Below are positions 1 to 10,095 of a stretch of DNA of 64,000 bases, piece by piece. This DNA is from a virus. Positions within the stretch are counted from its first letter, which is position 1; every line of letters starts with the position of its first letter. The notes beneath the pieces are model-generated. The model was given only the letters and a program-made list of their open reading frames with translations, did no database searches and was not told the origin of the DNA. Location of the stretch: positions 64,001-128,000 of the IMG/VR virus record IMGVR_UViG_3300008954_000003; one strand, given 5' to 3'. The position numbers and the translations under genes were made by a program.

Positions 1-2
1 AA

Positions 3-1016
3 CTTGATGGGGTTGAGTACGTTATTCCAAGGGAAATAACCACAGACGAAATAGTTTCTTTTACTTCGGAAGAGTTTCTGGGGAGAGTTTCCTCCGAAGA
101 AGAGAGGTACAATTTGTCAGGAGAGTCAATTCATTTATCTCCGAGGGAATTTGATGTAAACGGCTCTTTGTTTGATAGTGCCAATTTCAACTTTTTTAAC
201 AAAATAGCGAAAAACGAATTGAACAAGGAGGTTTCTGAAAACGCAATAGTGTTTTTGAATATTCTCAATGCAAACAAAAGAATTCATTTTGATGTAACAC
301 CAAAAGATCGACAAGAAACGGTTGATGTTTTGTTACAAACGAGCCTTATAAGCCACACGGGAATCAATCACAATGTTGGCTTATCTGAGATGAGCACTGC
401 CACTTCTTTTTCAGTTGAGACTACTCATGGAAAGAGGCGGCCAAAAACCAAAGTGACACAACAGGTGGCAACAGGTTTGCAAACGGGTGCGGCTATGGAA
501 TCGTCTTTAGAGGTCGAGGTAAAGAGCGCAGAAATCGATAAGAAAGCTGTGTATTCAAAAAACAAAGCCAAGCTTCTTATGCTTGTAACCGTTCTTCGTG
601 AAGTGGATAATTTTATCAATTCGGATAGACTATTTTTCAGAAGGGTTTTTGAGAAGCTGAGAGAGGGTATAGATGATTTGCCAATTCAATTGCAATTTTT
701 GTACGGAGAATATCGAAAAGAAGAGCAGAGTTTGATATTTAGTGATGCTGGAGAACCTATAAGAAGCAACGTTCTTTTGTTTGGCTTGCTTTGGAATAAT
801 TTCAAGAACCTTGTTAATGTAGAGTACTTAGAAGCTCAGAGTTCTACCTTTGCAGAGGCGTGGACACCTCTTAAAAAGTCAATCATAGAAGAGATCCCAG
901 CGGGTCAAAAAATACTATGTAGACTGAACCCTTATCTGAACAATGATCTTGGAGTTATTCCAACTGAAAAGACCAGCCTTCCTATTTATAATAGGTATTT
1001 TTACATAGAGAAATAA
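3..1016 (+). CDS. hypothetical protein, 5'-truncated by window edge, probably structural
   Basis: Frame is open from position 3 (LDGVEYVIPREIT...) through the TTG at 114, so the real start lies upstream of the window. Confidence 0.6.
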   Translation, partial: LDGVEYVIPREITTDEIVSFTSEEFLGRVSSEEERYNLSGESIHLSPREFDVNGSLFDSANFNFFNKIAKNELNKEVSENAIVFLNILNANKRIHFDVTPKDRQETVDVLLQTSLISHTGINHNVGLSEMSTATSFSVETTHGKRRPKTKVTQQVATGLQTGAAMESSLEVEVKSAEIDKKAVYSKNKAKLLMLVTVLREVDNFINSDRLFFRRVFEKLREGIDDLPIQLQFLYGEYRKEEQSLIFSDAGEPIRSNVLLFGLLWNNFKNLVNVEYLEAQSSTFAEAWTPLKKSIIEEIPAGQKILCRLNPYLNNDLGVIPTEKTSLPIYNRYFYIEK

Positions 1017-1019
1017 TAC

Positions 1020-3161
1020 ATGGCAGAAGAAACAGGCAAAATTTTAACCGCTGAGTGGCGTGAGTCTTGGAAGAACATCATAATCAACGCAGACGGAAAT
1101 CTGTTTGGGGACATACCCTTCAGCAAAGATCAGGGTCATGCTCTTGAGCTTGAATCCGATCAGTCGCCGCCAGCCGGTGAAAAGAAGTTGATAATCAAAT
1201 CGACATTTCATTCTGTGAGGACATATCCCCCACAAAGGGTTCTCGCCGGTATCCCAACAATAATTAAAGCTGGGACATATAGAATCTTTTTTATGAAAAA
1301 GAGTGGGAGAAGGGATTCTGGATATGATTTCCTTCAAAGAAAGAATGGCGCGCGAAGCGTTAAGAAGGGGCTCGTTAAGCCGCCACCGCCGCCACCGCCG
1401 CCACCGCCACCGCCACCGCCACCGCCATTGTTTATTCCTGGGATGAATCTGATTACAACAACCACAACTCTGAAAACAGATGAGGAAAAGGAGAAAGAAA
1501 AGGAAGACAAGGAAACCGTCTTAAAGGATCAGGTAATGTTGTTCAGCCTTGGTGGCGGTGCAAATGACAGTGGTCTTGGCGGGTCTAAAGGGGATAGCAA
1601 TAAGAAAAACGAGGGTAAGAATCAGGGGGGTGGTGATTTGCTCGATGCAGTTAAAAACCTTGGGGAAGAACTTTCAACTGGGCCAAAGTCGACTCCGAAA
1701 TCTTTTACAGAGGTAAAAGACGTTGTTAAGACAGAAGCAACAAAAGTTATTGAAAAAATAAAGAAAGATAAGCCATTGGAGTTGAAGAAGGAAGAGGTAG
1801 AGAATTTAGTAAACGAGGCTCTTATCCCACCATACCCACCGTTGGTAACTTTTTACCCATATGCCGGTGTAAACAACAAAGTACTTATTCTTTTGCAACC
1901 TCAAACAGGCCCTGTGAAAAAGAAGGTTTTTACGCAACTAAGCTTCATAAAGAGTTTTGTTGTGGAAGTTTCCGATAATCCTCTTACAGGGTTCCAGAGT
2001 GGGCGTCCGATTTTACCTGAAAGAGCGGCAATTATTGATCAAGCTCTCAAACCGAATGTAAAGAAGTATTATCGTTTTTTCACCAATTCAAAAACACCAG
2101 GAATCAAGTCTCACTTATCAAAAGTTTATGAAGTCGAGATGGTTGATGATGGTGGGGTTGTGTATTTAACAACTCAAATTTTCAAGAAAAAGCAGAAAAA
2201 GAAATCAATTCGTCGGAAAAATTTCGTAGGAAAACTTCGTATAGAACCATCACTATCACAGCTTATTGTAGACAGAGAAGATATTTTGGAAGGAGAGGCG
2301 GTGGAAAAATCTGACCTTGGAATCGTTCCAAGCGCAGAATCGGTGTATAGTGATAGGCCAAACTTTAAAATTAGAGTTGGTTCGAGGAGAACTAAGAGAA
2401 AAATAGATCTGAATATAAACTTCAAAGCGACATCAAAAGGGCTTGAATCTCCAAAAGGAAGCGGGATTCAAGAGGTCATTGCTGACATTCCAATAAAAAC
2501 GGCGCTGGATAAGGCTGTTGATCTTATTCTTTCTGGAAAAGATCCTTTTGCAAGTGGAGAATCGAGTATTTTAGGAATAGCAAATTTGGGTATAACAACA
2601 GCACTCGGAGAGTCGGTAAAGACAGTTCTTTCACAAGGTGCTGGTTTAGGAAAAGGAACTGATGGAAAAGCGATTAGTATGCTTGGGCTTTTAAATGCGG
2701 TGTTGAACAAAGATGAGAGCAAAGAGGAATCGTCGAATGAGGGGAACGTCCTTGATAAAGTGGAAGAAAACAAAGCAGAAACACCACCTCCACCTCCACC
2801 CCCACCTACAAAACCCGGAGATGATTTGAAATTACAACAAATAAATTTTGTCAAGGATGTTCTTGCAGGGTTGACAAGTATTGAAGGTGTAAAAACAGAA
2901 GATGAAGCAAAAGTTAAACAAGCTGCAAACGAAACGATTAACATTTTATCGAAACCTAATGTAGTATTAGAGAGTAATATCACTGGAGTTGTTGGTGGTG
3001 CGGTAATGAATAAGAAGCCAGTCAACGAAGGTGGCATCAAAAAAGAAGCAGAAAAAATGGTGAAAGCCACGAAGAGTTCTTCAAAAGAAACGGTAGTTTT
3101 GAATTATAGCAAGGTTTACAATACGTTTATAGATCAATTTACAAAGGCGTTGGAAAAATAA
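1020..3161 (+). CDS. hypothetical virion-associated protein with P16 and P8 polyproline tracts
   Basis: 713-aa ORF abutting its neighbours; low-complexity linkers; sits upstream of baseplate-like genes. Confidence 0.55.
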   Translation: MAEETGKILTAEWRESWKNIIINADGNLFGDIPFSKDQGHALELESDQSPPAGEKKLIIKSTFHSVRTYPPQRVLAGIPTIIKAGTYRIFFMKKSGRRDSGYDFLQRKNGARSVKKGLVKPPPPPPPPPPPPPPPPLFIPGMNLITTTTTLKTDEEKEKEKEDKETVLKDQVMLFSLGGGANDSGLGGSKGDSNKKNEGKNQGGGDLLDAVKNLGEELSTGPKSTPKSFTEVKDVVKTEATKVIEKIKKDKPLELKKEEVENLVNEALIPPYPPLVTFYPYAGVNNKVLILLQPQTGPVKKKVFTQLSFIKSFVVEVSDNPLTGFQSGRPILPERAAIIDQALKPNVKKYYRFFTNSKTPGIKSHLSKVYEVEMVDDGGVVYLTTQIFKKKQKKKSIRRKNFVGKLRIEPSLSQLIVDREDILEGEAVEKSDLGIVPSAESVYSDRPNFKIRVGSRRTKRKIDLNINFKATSKGLESPKGSGIQEVIADIPIKTALDKAVDLILSGKDPFASGESSILGIANLGITTALGESVKTVLSQGAGLGKGTDGKAISMLGLLNAVLNKDESKEESSNEGNVLDKVEENKAETPPPPPPPPTKPGDDLKLQQINFVKDVLAGLTSIEGVKTEDEAKVKQAANETINILSKPNVVLESNITGVVGGAVMNKKPVNEGGIKKEAEKMVKATKSSSKETVVLNYSKVYNTFIDQFTKALEK
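1380..1427 (+). repeat. (CCG/CCA)16 microsatellite encoding 16 prolines
   Basis: Read directly; second P8 tract at 2784-2807. Confidence 0.95.
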
Positions 3162-4466
3162 ATGGGAATCAAGGAAGCAAAAGAAGTCGTTCGAAGTGGA
3201 AAAGCTTTTTATGAAGAGGCTTTGAAAAACGCTAAAGCAGAGGGGACAAGAAAAATCCTTCAAACGATGAAATTGGGAAGTAATGTTTTTGAAGTCTATG
3301 AGGAGTTCTTATCCGAAGAGCGGATAAGTGATATCCCAGAACTCTTGAAGCCGTTTGGTGCGCTCCTCAATAAAGAACTTGAAAGAAATATAGAAGAGGA
3401 CGAGGTTTCTGAAGCAGATCTTGGAACACTCGTTGAGCTTCTTTCTACGTTCGGAGGACCAGAGGACGTATCATTATTAACAGAAAATACAATTTTGAAC
3501 ACCAAACAAGCATTTGACGATTACAAGAAACAAACGATTGTAAATTTTACAAAACACATTGGTGAGGGATTTGAAGGGTTGAATCTCTTTTTCAAAGAGG
3601 GTGTTGAACTGGACTTAGGCTTCGCATTCAACAAAGATACGTTCGCTCCGCTAGTCTCGGAAGGGCTTAAAGGTGAAGAAATTGCTGAATTTGTTGAGGG
3701 CATGAAAGACATTTTGGTTCAGTTTGAAGATGGTGTAAGCGTGGGTGAGTTTGCAGAACTTGTTGGGTTCATATTTGCGGCGATTGAAGATGATTTTGAA
3801 ACATTACAGGTTGCGATCAAAAGAGCCCTTGACACGTTTGTTCGTGGGATAGTGGTAGGGTCGGAGCAGATCACAGTTAAAAGTGAGATTAAATTAAGGA
3901 AGATGTTCTCTGGGTTGGTGGATTCTATAAAAGAAGAGTTCTCGATCCAATCAGCCAGGGAAGAGAACATTGCGAAGTATCGTGCTGTTTTTGTAGAACT
4001 TCTTGAATCAATCGTAGGCTCAGAGGGGTCCATAGATATTGTTGCAATTGCAGCAGAATATAAACAAGCCCTGAATCAGATGATAAAGGATCTGAAAAAC
4101 GTTAGAGTTGCCGGTAGTGGAGAGGGCACTTCTGTGAGAAAGGGCGATCTTAAAACCGTTGCTACTGGCGCAACAAACAGAGCAAATAAAGTTGCAAATG
4201 ATTTTGTGGTATTGCCGGGGGTTGGTCAAGGGCTTGCAAGTGAGGTTGCTAATTTGGTAGATGCAGAGGGTGTTGCCATCGATCCAGAAGAATTTGCTCC
4301 AAGACCTGAAGCAACGGGCTCATTAAACCTTTCACCTGAAGTTGGAGGGTTTGAGTTTGCCCCGCCAGGAGGACACCTTTCACCTGAAGCTGGAGGGTTT
4401 GAGTTTGCCCCGCCAGGAGGACTACCGGAGGACGAATTAATATTTACTGGCTCTTTGGGTATATAA
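3162..4466 (+). CDS. hypothetical acidic helical protein
   Basis: 434-aa ORF starting immediately after the previous stop; duplicated C-terminal LSPE(V/A)GGFEFAPPGG. Confidence 0.6.
   Translation: MGIKEAKEVVRSGKAFYEEALKNAKAEGTRKILQTMKLGSNVFEVYEEFLSEERISDIPELLKPFGALLNKELERNIEEDEVSEADLGTLVELLSTFGGPEDVSLLTENTILNTKQAFDDYKKQTIVNFTKHIGEGFEGLNLFFKEGVELDLGFAFNKDTFAPLVSEGLKGEEIAEFVEGMKDILVQFEDGVSVGEFAELVGFIFAAIEDDFETLQVAIKRALDTFVRGIVVGSEQITVKSEIKLRKMFSGLVDSIKEEFSIQSAREENIAKYRAVFVELLESIVGSEGSIDIVAIAAEYKQALNQMIKDLKNVRVAGSGEGTSVRKGDLKTVATGATNRANKVANDFVVLPGVGQGLASEVANLVDAEGVAIDPEEFAPRPEATGSLNLSPEVGGFEFAPPGGHLSPEAGGFEFAPPGGLPEDELIFTGSLGI
4327..4422 (+). repeat. 48-bp tandem duplication, 1 mismatch, in frame
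   Basis: ACCTTTCACCTGAAG(T/C)TGGAGGGTTTGAGTTTGCCCCGCCAGGAGGAC x2. Confidence 0.95.
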
Positions 4467-4501
4467 TTTTGTTCGGGGAAGGGTTGGAACTTTAAATATC
4501 G

Positions 4502-4511
4502 ACTAATTATA
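4502..4511 (+). promoter_or_regulatory. putative late promoter ACTAATTATA
   Basis: CTA[TAG]TTA motif recurring in intergenic gaps before structural operons; followed by SD AAGGAG. Confidence 0.65.
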
Positions 4512-4531
4512 GTGATAAAGGAGAGATTAGA

Positions 4532-5473
4532 ATGGCTTTTTTAGATAACAGTGGTGATATTGTTTTAGATGCTGTGCTTACAACAGCAGGAAGGCGACGT
4601 TTGGCAGAGGGAGCTGGCGCTTTTAAGGTTGCTCGTTTTGCTTTGAGCGATGATGAGATTGATTACGCTTTGTACAATTCAAGTCACGCAAGTGGTAGTG
4701 CTTATTTTGATCTTGATATTCTCAAGAGTCCGGTTTTGGAAGCAGTAACCGAGCCCAATGCCGCTTTGAAGTACAAACTATTAACCATTCCAAATCAACA
4801 GCTTCTATTCTTACCAACTCTTAAACTGAACACGAAACAAGCTCCTTTGTCAGCTTTGAACACGATCATTGTTGCGGTTAATGACAAGGTGGTTGAAAGT
4901 TTGACCGGGGGGACAACTCTTCCAAACTACGATACAATTTTTAACGGTGTTAATGGGTACATTGATGGGCGCGCAGCAGCTAAGGCAGCGGGCACCTTGA
5001 TGTTGAAAATTGGACAGGGTTTTGACACAGCAGAAGCCGGCGGTGCAGGAACGGCTATGCCGACTGATTTGGAAGAGACACAGTTTGCAATCGCAATGGA
5101 CGCAAGGTTTGGTCACGTTGTGACTAACACACCGGAGGGTGGAGTTGAAGCCGACCTCTCATTTATTTCAACAGACGGAACAGGAGTTTGGGCCTTGGCT
5201 GATGGTGCAAACCCCGATAACTTCGAAGCAAAACCCGTGGCTGAAAAGATCAATATCGCCGGGCCAATCGGAAGACAATTGAAGTTCAGCATCAAGGGCG
5301 CTTCAAGTATGTTAAACAACGCACAATTTTTCTTTGATAAGTACGGAAGGTCAGATTCCAACTTTAACAGTACAAGTGTTTCATTGAAGAAAATATCAGC
5401 AAACCTGAGAATTCAGGGTTTGACTCAAGGTGGGGTGGTCAATATTCCGCTTCATTTCATAGCAGAATTTTAA
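4532..5473 (+). CDS. conserved virion structural protein (baseplate/tail associated)
   Basis: N-terminal MAFLDNSGDIVLDAVLTTAGR..LA..F.V..FALSDDEIDY.LY pattern recognised from large myovirus structural proteins; late motif and SD upstream. Confidence 0.65.
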   Translation: MAFLDNSGDIVLDAVLTTAGRRRLAEGAGAFKVARFALSDDEIDYALYNSSHASGSAYFDLDILKSPVLEAVTEPNAALKYKLLTIPNQQLLFLPTLKLNTKQAPLSALNTIIVAVNDKVVESLTGGTTLPNYDTIFNGVNGYIDGRAAAKAAGTLMLKIGQGFDTAEAGGAGTAMPTDLEETQFAIAMDARFGHVVTNTPEGGVEADLSFISTDGTGVWALADGANPDNFEAKPVAEKINIAGPIGRQLKFSIKGASSMLNNAQFFFDKYGRSDSNFNSTSVSLKKISANLRIQGLTQGGVVNIPLHFIAEF

Positions 5474-5488
5474 AGGACGGAGAATAAG

Positions 5489-6562
5489 ATGGCTACAAGT
5501 ATTTTTAAGAATTTGGATGAGAACGATAAAGTAACACAAAAAACTTTATTGCATGAGTCAATTCCGATCACAGGATCGCTTTTGTCTGGTTCGTATGGGA
5601 CGTTTCCGAATGACACAAACGTTAAGTTTTATAGTCATGGCTATTTCCAGTCTGTGTATGATTATCCTTATGCCAGTTCTTCAGCGAACCACATTTTTGA
5701 TATCACATACGGACACAAAGAAGGTTCAGTGCCGGCACCAACAGCAAGCTCTCAAGAGAAAGAAATCAAACATGCAATCTATTCTCAAATGTCACAACTT
5801 CTGTTTGGGTATGATGCAACAGGTTCAGCGATTCCTATCAACGTATCCGGCTCGTTGTCTCCAACATCAGCGGATTGGATTGCAAACCCGTTGTTTATTA
5901 ACTTTTCAAGATTGCTTGTGAAAGATGAGATTAAAAAAGGCTCCTTTGAACTAAAGATTGCAACAAGTGGTTCAAGCTGTGGCAGTGCAAGCATGGACAA
6001 TGTTGCTACAATTGGTGATTATGCCGCAACAGGCAACACCGTGAGCTTTATTGATAATTCACCAGTTGGTGAATACGGAATCCTTTACACAGGCGCGGTT
6101 GAGAACAACAGAGAAAGAGGTTTGGTGTTTTATCAAGCGGGTATTGCTGTTCTTGACCTTGACAGATTCTTTGTAGACGATAACGAATTTAGATTTACGT
6201 CGGGAACCTATGGCTACCGGAGAATCGCTGATTCGATTATTTCGTCAAGTGTCGATGATATAGGAGATGCTGTACGTCGAAGAATCTTCAACATCAGTTT
6301 CCGCAACACAACCGAGCTTAATTCAACGGTTTATTTCTGTCGCCTAAATCACAATGAGTTCAACTATAGTTCGAACCCAACGTATGTGACCGCAAGCAAG
6401 TTGCGTGTGAAGGACAAGAATGAGGATTCACCCATATCATACGTTACAACAGTTGGTCTTTATTCCGAGGACAATGAGTTGCTTGCTGTAGGAAAACTAT
6501 CTGAGCCCTTGAAGAAAACCGCCGCAGACGAGCTTACCATTCGTGTCAGAACAGACTTCTGA
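5489..6562 (+). CDS. baseplate/tail-fibre attachment structural protein
   Basis: C-terminal EFNYSSNPTY...YVTTVGLY..DNELLAVGKLSEPLKK...RVRTDF domain. Confidence 0.6.
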   Translation: MATSIFKNLDENDKVTQKTLLHESIPITGSLLSGSYGTFPNDTNVKFYSHGYFQSVYDYPYASSSANHIFDITYGHKEGSVPAPTASSQEKEIKHAIYSQMSQLLFGYDATGSAIPINVSGSLSPTSADWIANPLFINFSRLLVKDEIKKGSFELKIATSGSSCGSASMDNVATIGDYAATGNTVSFIDNSPVGEYGILYTGAVENNRERGLVFYQAGIAVLDLDRFFVDDNEFRFTSGTYGYRRIADSIISSSVDDIGDAVRRRIFNISFRNTTELNSTVYFCRLNHNEFNYSSNPTYVTASKLRVKDKNEDSPISYVTTVGLYSEDNELLAVGKLSEPLKKTAADELTIRVRTDF

Positions 6563-6576
6563 TTTAAAGGTGGCCC

Positions 6577-8604
6577 ATGTTCAAATTTAAAAAGAATGAA
6601 ACCTTCAGGAATGTTCTAAAGACGTATCCCAAATATATTTTTAGAATGAGCAATAACAGAATTGTTCTTAACAACCTTTCTGATCAGGGACAGTTGAATA
6701 ATGAACAAGGATTTGTTGCTTTACAAGTCGGCGGAAATTTAAGTCTAAGCTTTCCCTATTCAGAATATTCAGTCTTGTTTGACAAAACAGCTTCAAATCC
6801 AGTTGCCTCTTTCGATATTGAAGAGACGCAGAGTGCGGACGGAGGGGATTTTTTAAAAAGTGCGGACGGAGGGGATTTTTTAAAAAGCCGGAATTCAATA
6901 TCAGCATGGGTTTATCCCGTTGAGGGTTCGTCAAGTACTTTCCCAAGGATCATGCACCTTGGAAACCAGAACTCAGGGTTTGTAGATAATAAGAAAGTTT
7001 TCTATATGTTCTCATCGTCATCATTGGGAAAACTAAACATTGCTTTTGGTCAAAAAGCAGATGTGAAGGTTGGCTCTCTTGGGTTTGATATCGGAACCGA
7101 TGCAGTTTTATCAAACGGAGAAATAATCCAGTGCTATACGACGGATGAGCGTGTGGTTCCGTTCAATAAATGGTCGCACGTTGCAGTATCTTTTTCAGAT
7201 ACGGATGCAAAATTTTATATCAATGGGGAGAGGATGTTAAGGCATAGGCATTTCCCAGGCGGAAGGACTGGAGAACTTAATCCATTGATAGGTTCGGTCG
7301 GGAACAGTACTGTTGGCGGGAAATCGTTTCCCGGTTATATTGACGAAGTTGCTTTGACGACAAGGGGCGTCACAGACGATGAGGTGTCAGAGTTATACAA
7401 TCAAGGAAAGCCCCCGGATTTAGCAAAAATTTCAACGGGTTTGAAAAATTCGATATTGTCTTATTGGCGAATGGGTGATGGTGATGATGCAGATCCAGAC
7501 GTTTTTGATCAGGTAAGCGCAAACCATATCACCATGAGTGCTTTTGCCAACAGTGTTGGGGGAATAAAAAAGTTTGCCCCTGGTAAATTTGAATTGACAG
7601 AGGAGGGGTTATATGGCTCCGTTAAGGTTCCGATGCCTCTTGTTTCGACAATAAGCAGGGTTTTTGTTTACAAGAAAGAGGTTGAGGGGGAAACGGTCAC
7701 ATACGATGAGGAATACACAAAAACATCTGATGTCTATCGAATATTGGCCTTAAAGAATACTATTGAATATTATAAGCCGCTTAGTGAAGCTTATAACTTT
7801 GATAATCTGATGTTGAGTGGGGGGCGACCCCACCTTGAACATCCTGATGTTGGCGCAAAGGTTCTTTCTGAACACAAAATGCACCCGTCTTCAAGTATAA
7901 ACCTTATAAGTATTCCGAAGATCTTTTACGATGAAGGGATTAAGAAGGGGTCTGTTGACCTTAAGTTTTATGTGACGGGGAATTTGACAGCAAGGGCTCA
8001 AGACATTAATGAAAACGGTGCTTTGATCCAAACAACAGGATCAACATCTGGAAGCATAGTTGGTTTTGTTTTGTATAATGAGGGGTTCTTGGTTTTGACG
8101 GGAAGCGACTCATTGAACACAGATATTTCAGAGCCGTATATCCAACCTATTGATTCACAAAAAGACGTTGTAACTGATTCACCAAAATGGATTCATTTTG
8201 GAGCATACAAGTCTAATACCCTGGAATACAATGACATCATTTCATCTTCATACGAACTTGAATTTGAAGGAACACACAAGATAAATACGATAACAATGTT
8301 TGCACACGCCCCAAAAAACTTACTTAACTGGAGCAACAATTTTTCGTATATTTCTGCTAGTCAAGGAAATCAAATTCTATTTTCAACGGGTTCGAAACTG
8401 TTTTGGGAGAACGAAGATATTCAAATAAAAAACACTATATCTTCTTCTCATTATCATTCGGAGTCATACTCACAGCAGACTTATATAAATAAGATCGGTG
8501 TTTATGATGAAGAGGAAAACCTTATTGGCATTGCGACATTGGCCAATCCTGTTCGTAAAAAGCCAGACCAGAGCTACACCTTTAAATTAAAAATGGATCT
8601 TTGA
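6577..8604 (+). CDS. structural protein with LamG/ConA-like domain and a C-terminal domain paralogous to 5489-6562
   Basis: SISAWVYP...KWSHVAVS...KFYING...FPGYIDEVAL (LamG); C-terminal TYINKIGVYDEEENLIGIATLANPVRK...FKLKMDL. Confidence 0.7.
   Translation: MFKFKKNETFRNVLKTYPKYIFRMSNNRIVLNNLSDQGQLNNEQGFVALQVGGNLSLSFPYSEYSVLFDKTASNPVASFDIEETQSADGGDFLKSADGGDFLKSRNSISAWVYPVEGSSSTFPRIMHLGNQNSGFVDNKKVFYMFSSSSLGKLNIAFGQKADVKVGSLGFDIGTDAVLSNGEIIQCYTTDERVVPFNKWSHVAVSFSDTDAKFYINGERMLRHRHFPGGRTGELNPLIGSVGNSTVGGKSFPGYIDEVALTTRGVTDDEVSELYNQGKPPDLAKISTGLKNSILSYWRMGDGDDADPDVFDQVSANHITMSAFANSVGGIKKFAPGKFELTEEGLYGSVKVPMPLVSTISRVFVYKKEVEGETVTYDEEYTKTSDVYRILALKNTIEYYKPLSEAYNFDNLMLSGGRPHLEHPDVGAKVLSEHKMHPSSSINLISIPKIFYDEGIKKGSVDLKFYVTGNLTARAQDINENGALIQTTGSTSGSIVGFVLYNEGFLVLTGSDSLNTDISEPYIQPIDSQKDVVTDSPKWIHFGAYKSNTLEYNDIISSSYELEFEGTHKINTITMFAHAPKNLLNWSNNFSYISASQGNQILFSTGSKLFWENEDIQIKNTISSSHYHSESYSQQTYINKIGVYDEEENLIGIATLANPVRKKPDQSYTFKLKMDL
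6832..6885 (+). repeat. 27-bp exact tandem duplication (SADGGDFLK x2)
   Basis: AGTGCGGACGGAGGGGATTTTTTAAAA x2. Confidence 0.95.
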
Positions 8605-8620
8605 TTTCGTAGGAGAAACA

Positions 8621-9154
8621 ATGATCTTAGGACTTGATGTTAGTACAAGCATCACAGGAGCATCAGTAATAGATGAGTCGGGTTGTCTTCTTTTTTGTGG
8701 GAAATATGACACAAGAAAAATCAAAGGCTTTTATCTTAAAGCGGATTTTGTTGAAGAGAATCTGAAACAGCTTAAAAAGGATTATGACATAACACATGTC
8801 TACATCGAACAGCCACTTGGTATGTTTAAGTCGGGATTCTCATCGGCAAAAACGATCCAGTTGTTGAATAGGTATAACGGCGTAATAAGTTGGATTTGTA
8901 GAAAGATATTCAAAACCGATCCGGAGTTGGTAAACGCCATGTCAGCAAGAAAATTAGCAGGGATAAAGTTCAATAAAGGCGACAAAGCCAAGGAAATTGT
9001 TCTGAAATTTGTGCTTGACAACGAACCTCTTTTCGATATAAAGTATACCCGTAACGGGACGCCAAAACCTGGGGAGTTTGACCGGGCAGATAGCGTTATT
9101 ATAGCCCGTGCGGGGTATTTATTATGTCAAGAAGAGGAAAACTCGAAATCCTAA
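8621..9154 (+). CDS. ruvC: RuvC-like Holliday junction resolvase
   Basis: MILGLDVSTSITG, VYIEQP and DRADS acidic catalytic motifs. Confidence 0.8.
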   Translation: MILGLDVSTSITGASVIDESGCLLFCGKYDTRKIKGFYLKADFVEENLKQLKKDYDITHVYIEQPLGMFKSGFSSAKTIQLLNRYNGVISWICRKIFKTDPELVNAMSARKLAGIKFNKGDKAKEIVLKFVLDNEPLFDIKYTRNGTPKPGEFDRADSVIIARAGYLLCQEEENSKS

Positions 9155-10083
9155 GCGAGATATTGGGGATCCCGCGTCAGGTTGGGGATGAATGTCTATA
9201 CTTCTGTCCGAAGTGTGACCACCATAAACAGAAGCTATCTGTTAACATTACCAAGGGAAAGTTTAAATGTTGGATCTGTGAGTATTCCGGGCCAAGGCTA
9301 AGAAGGCTTGTTCGAAATCACGGAACAACAGCACATTTGTTTGAGTGGAAGAAATTCGAAGACTCTGTTGACCTGTCTGATTTCACAGATGAATTATCAG
9401 AGCTATTAGAACCAAAGAACGAGAGAAAATTCTCTTACTTAAAGTTACCAAAGGAATTTATTTCATTAACAAAGAAACAACCCTCGCTCTCAGCGAGGGT
9501 TCCCTTGGCTTATTTGAAGAAACGAAATGTTTCATTTGACGATGTTGTCTTTTGGAAGATGGGTTATTGTTCAAAAGGGGCATTTGAAGATAGAATCATT
9601 ATCCCTTCGTTCGCGGAAGATGGTTCATTGAACTATTTTGTTGCAAGGGCGTATAATGATGCAAAATACCCATCGTATATGAACCCACCAATCAGCAAGA
9701 ATATCATCTTTAACGAATTGTTTGTCGATTTTGATGAGACAATAGTGATAGTTGAGGGCGTCTTTGATGCTGTTATGGCAGGAAGAAATGCCGTTCCGTT
9801 ATTAGGTTCGTCTCTGGGAGAATATTCAAATCTTTTTCAGAAAATCGTTAAGAACGATTCAAGGGTTTTGCTTGCTCTCGATGCTGATGCAGAGAAAAAA
9901 GCATATGATTTAATAAGCAAATTGCTTCTATACGACATTGAGGTGAAAAAAGTAAACATTTCACCGTACAAAGATGTCGGCTCTATGCCGAATGAAAAAT
10001 TCGCGATTGCAAAGAGAGAGGCGATTACACTAGATCGAGATTCTTATGTGATGTATCGCGCACTATTTGAATGTGGCAACTGA
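9124..10083 (+). CDS. DNA primase (zinc finger + TOPRIM)
   Basis: CPKC..HH...CWIC zinc finger, RIIIP, IVEGVFDA, ALDAD, KDVG. Confidence 0.88.
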   Translation: MSRRGKLEILSEILGIPRQVGDECLYFCPKCDHHKQKLSVNITKGKFKCWICEYSGPRLRRLVRNHGTTAHLFEWKKFEDSVDLSDFTDELSELLEPKNERKFSYLKLPKEFISLTKKQPSLSARVPLAYLKKRNVSFDDVVFWKMGYCSKGAFEDRIIIPSFAEDGSLNYFVARAYNDAKYPSYMNPPISKNIIFNELFVDFDETIVIVEGVFDAVMAGRNAVPLLGSSLGEYSNLFQKIVKNDSRVLLALDADAEKKAYDLISKLLLYDIEVKKVNISPYKDVGSMPNEKFAIAKREAITLDRDSYVMYRALFECGN

Positions 10084-10095
10084 TAAGGAGGAAAA

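Noticed and set aside
4327-6885. Direct repeats as a CRISPR array
   Set aside because: Only two abutting copies each, no spacers, and they are in-frame coding
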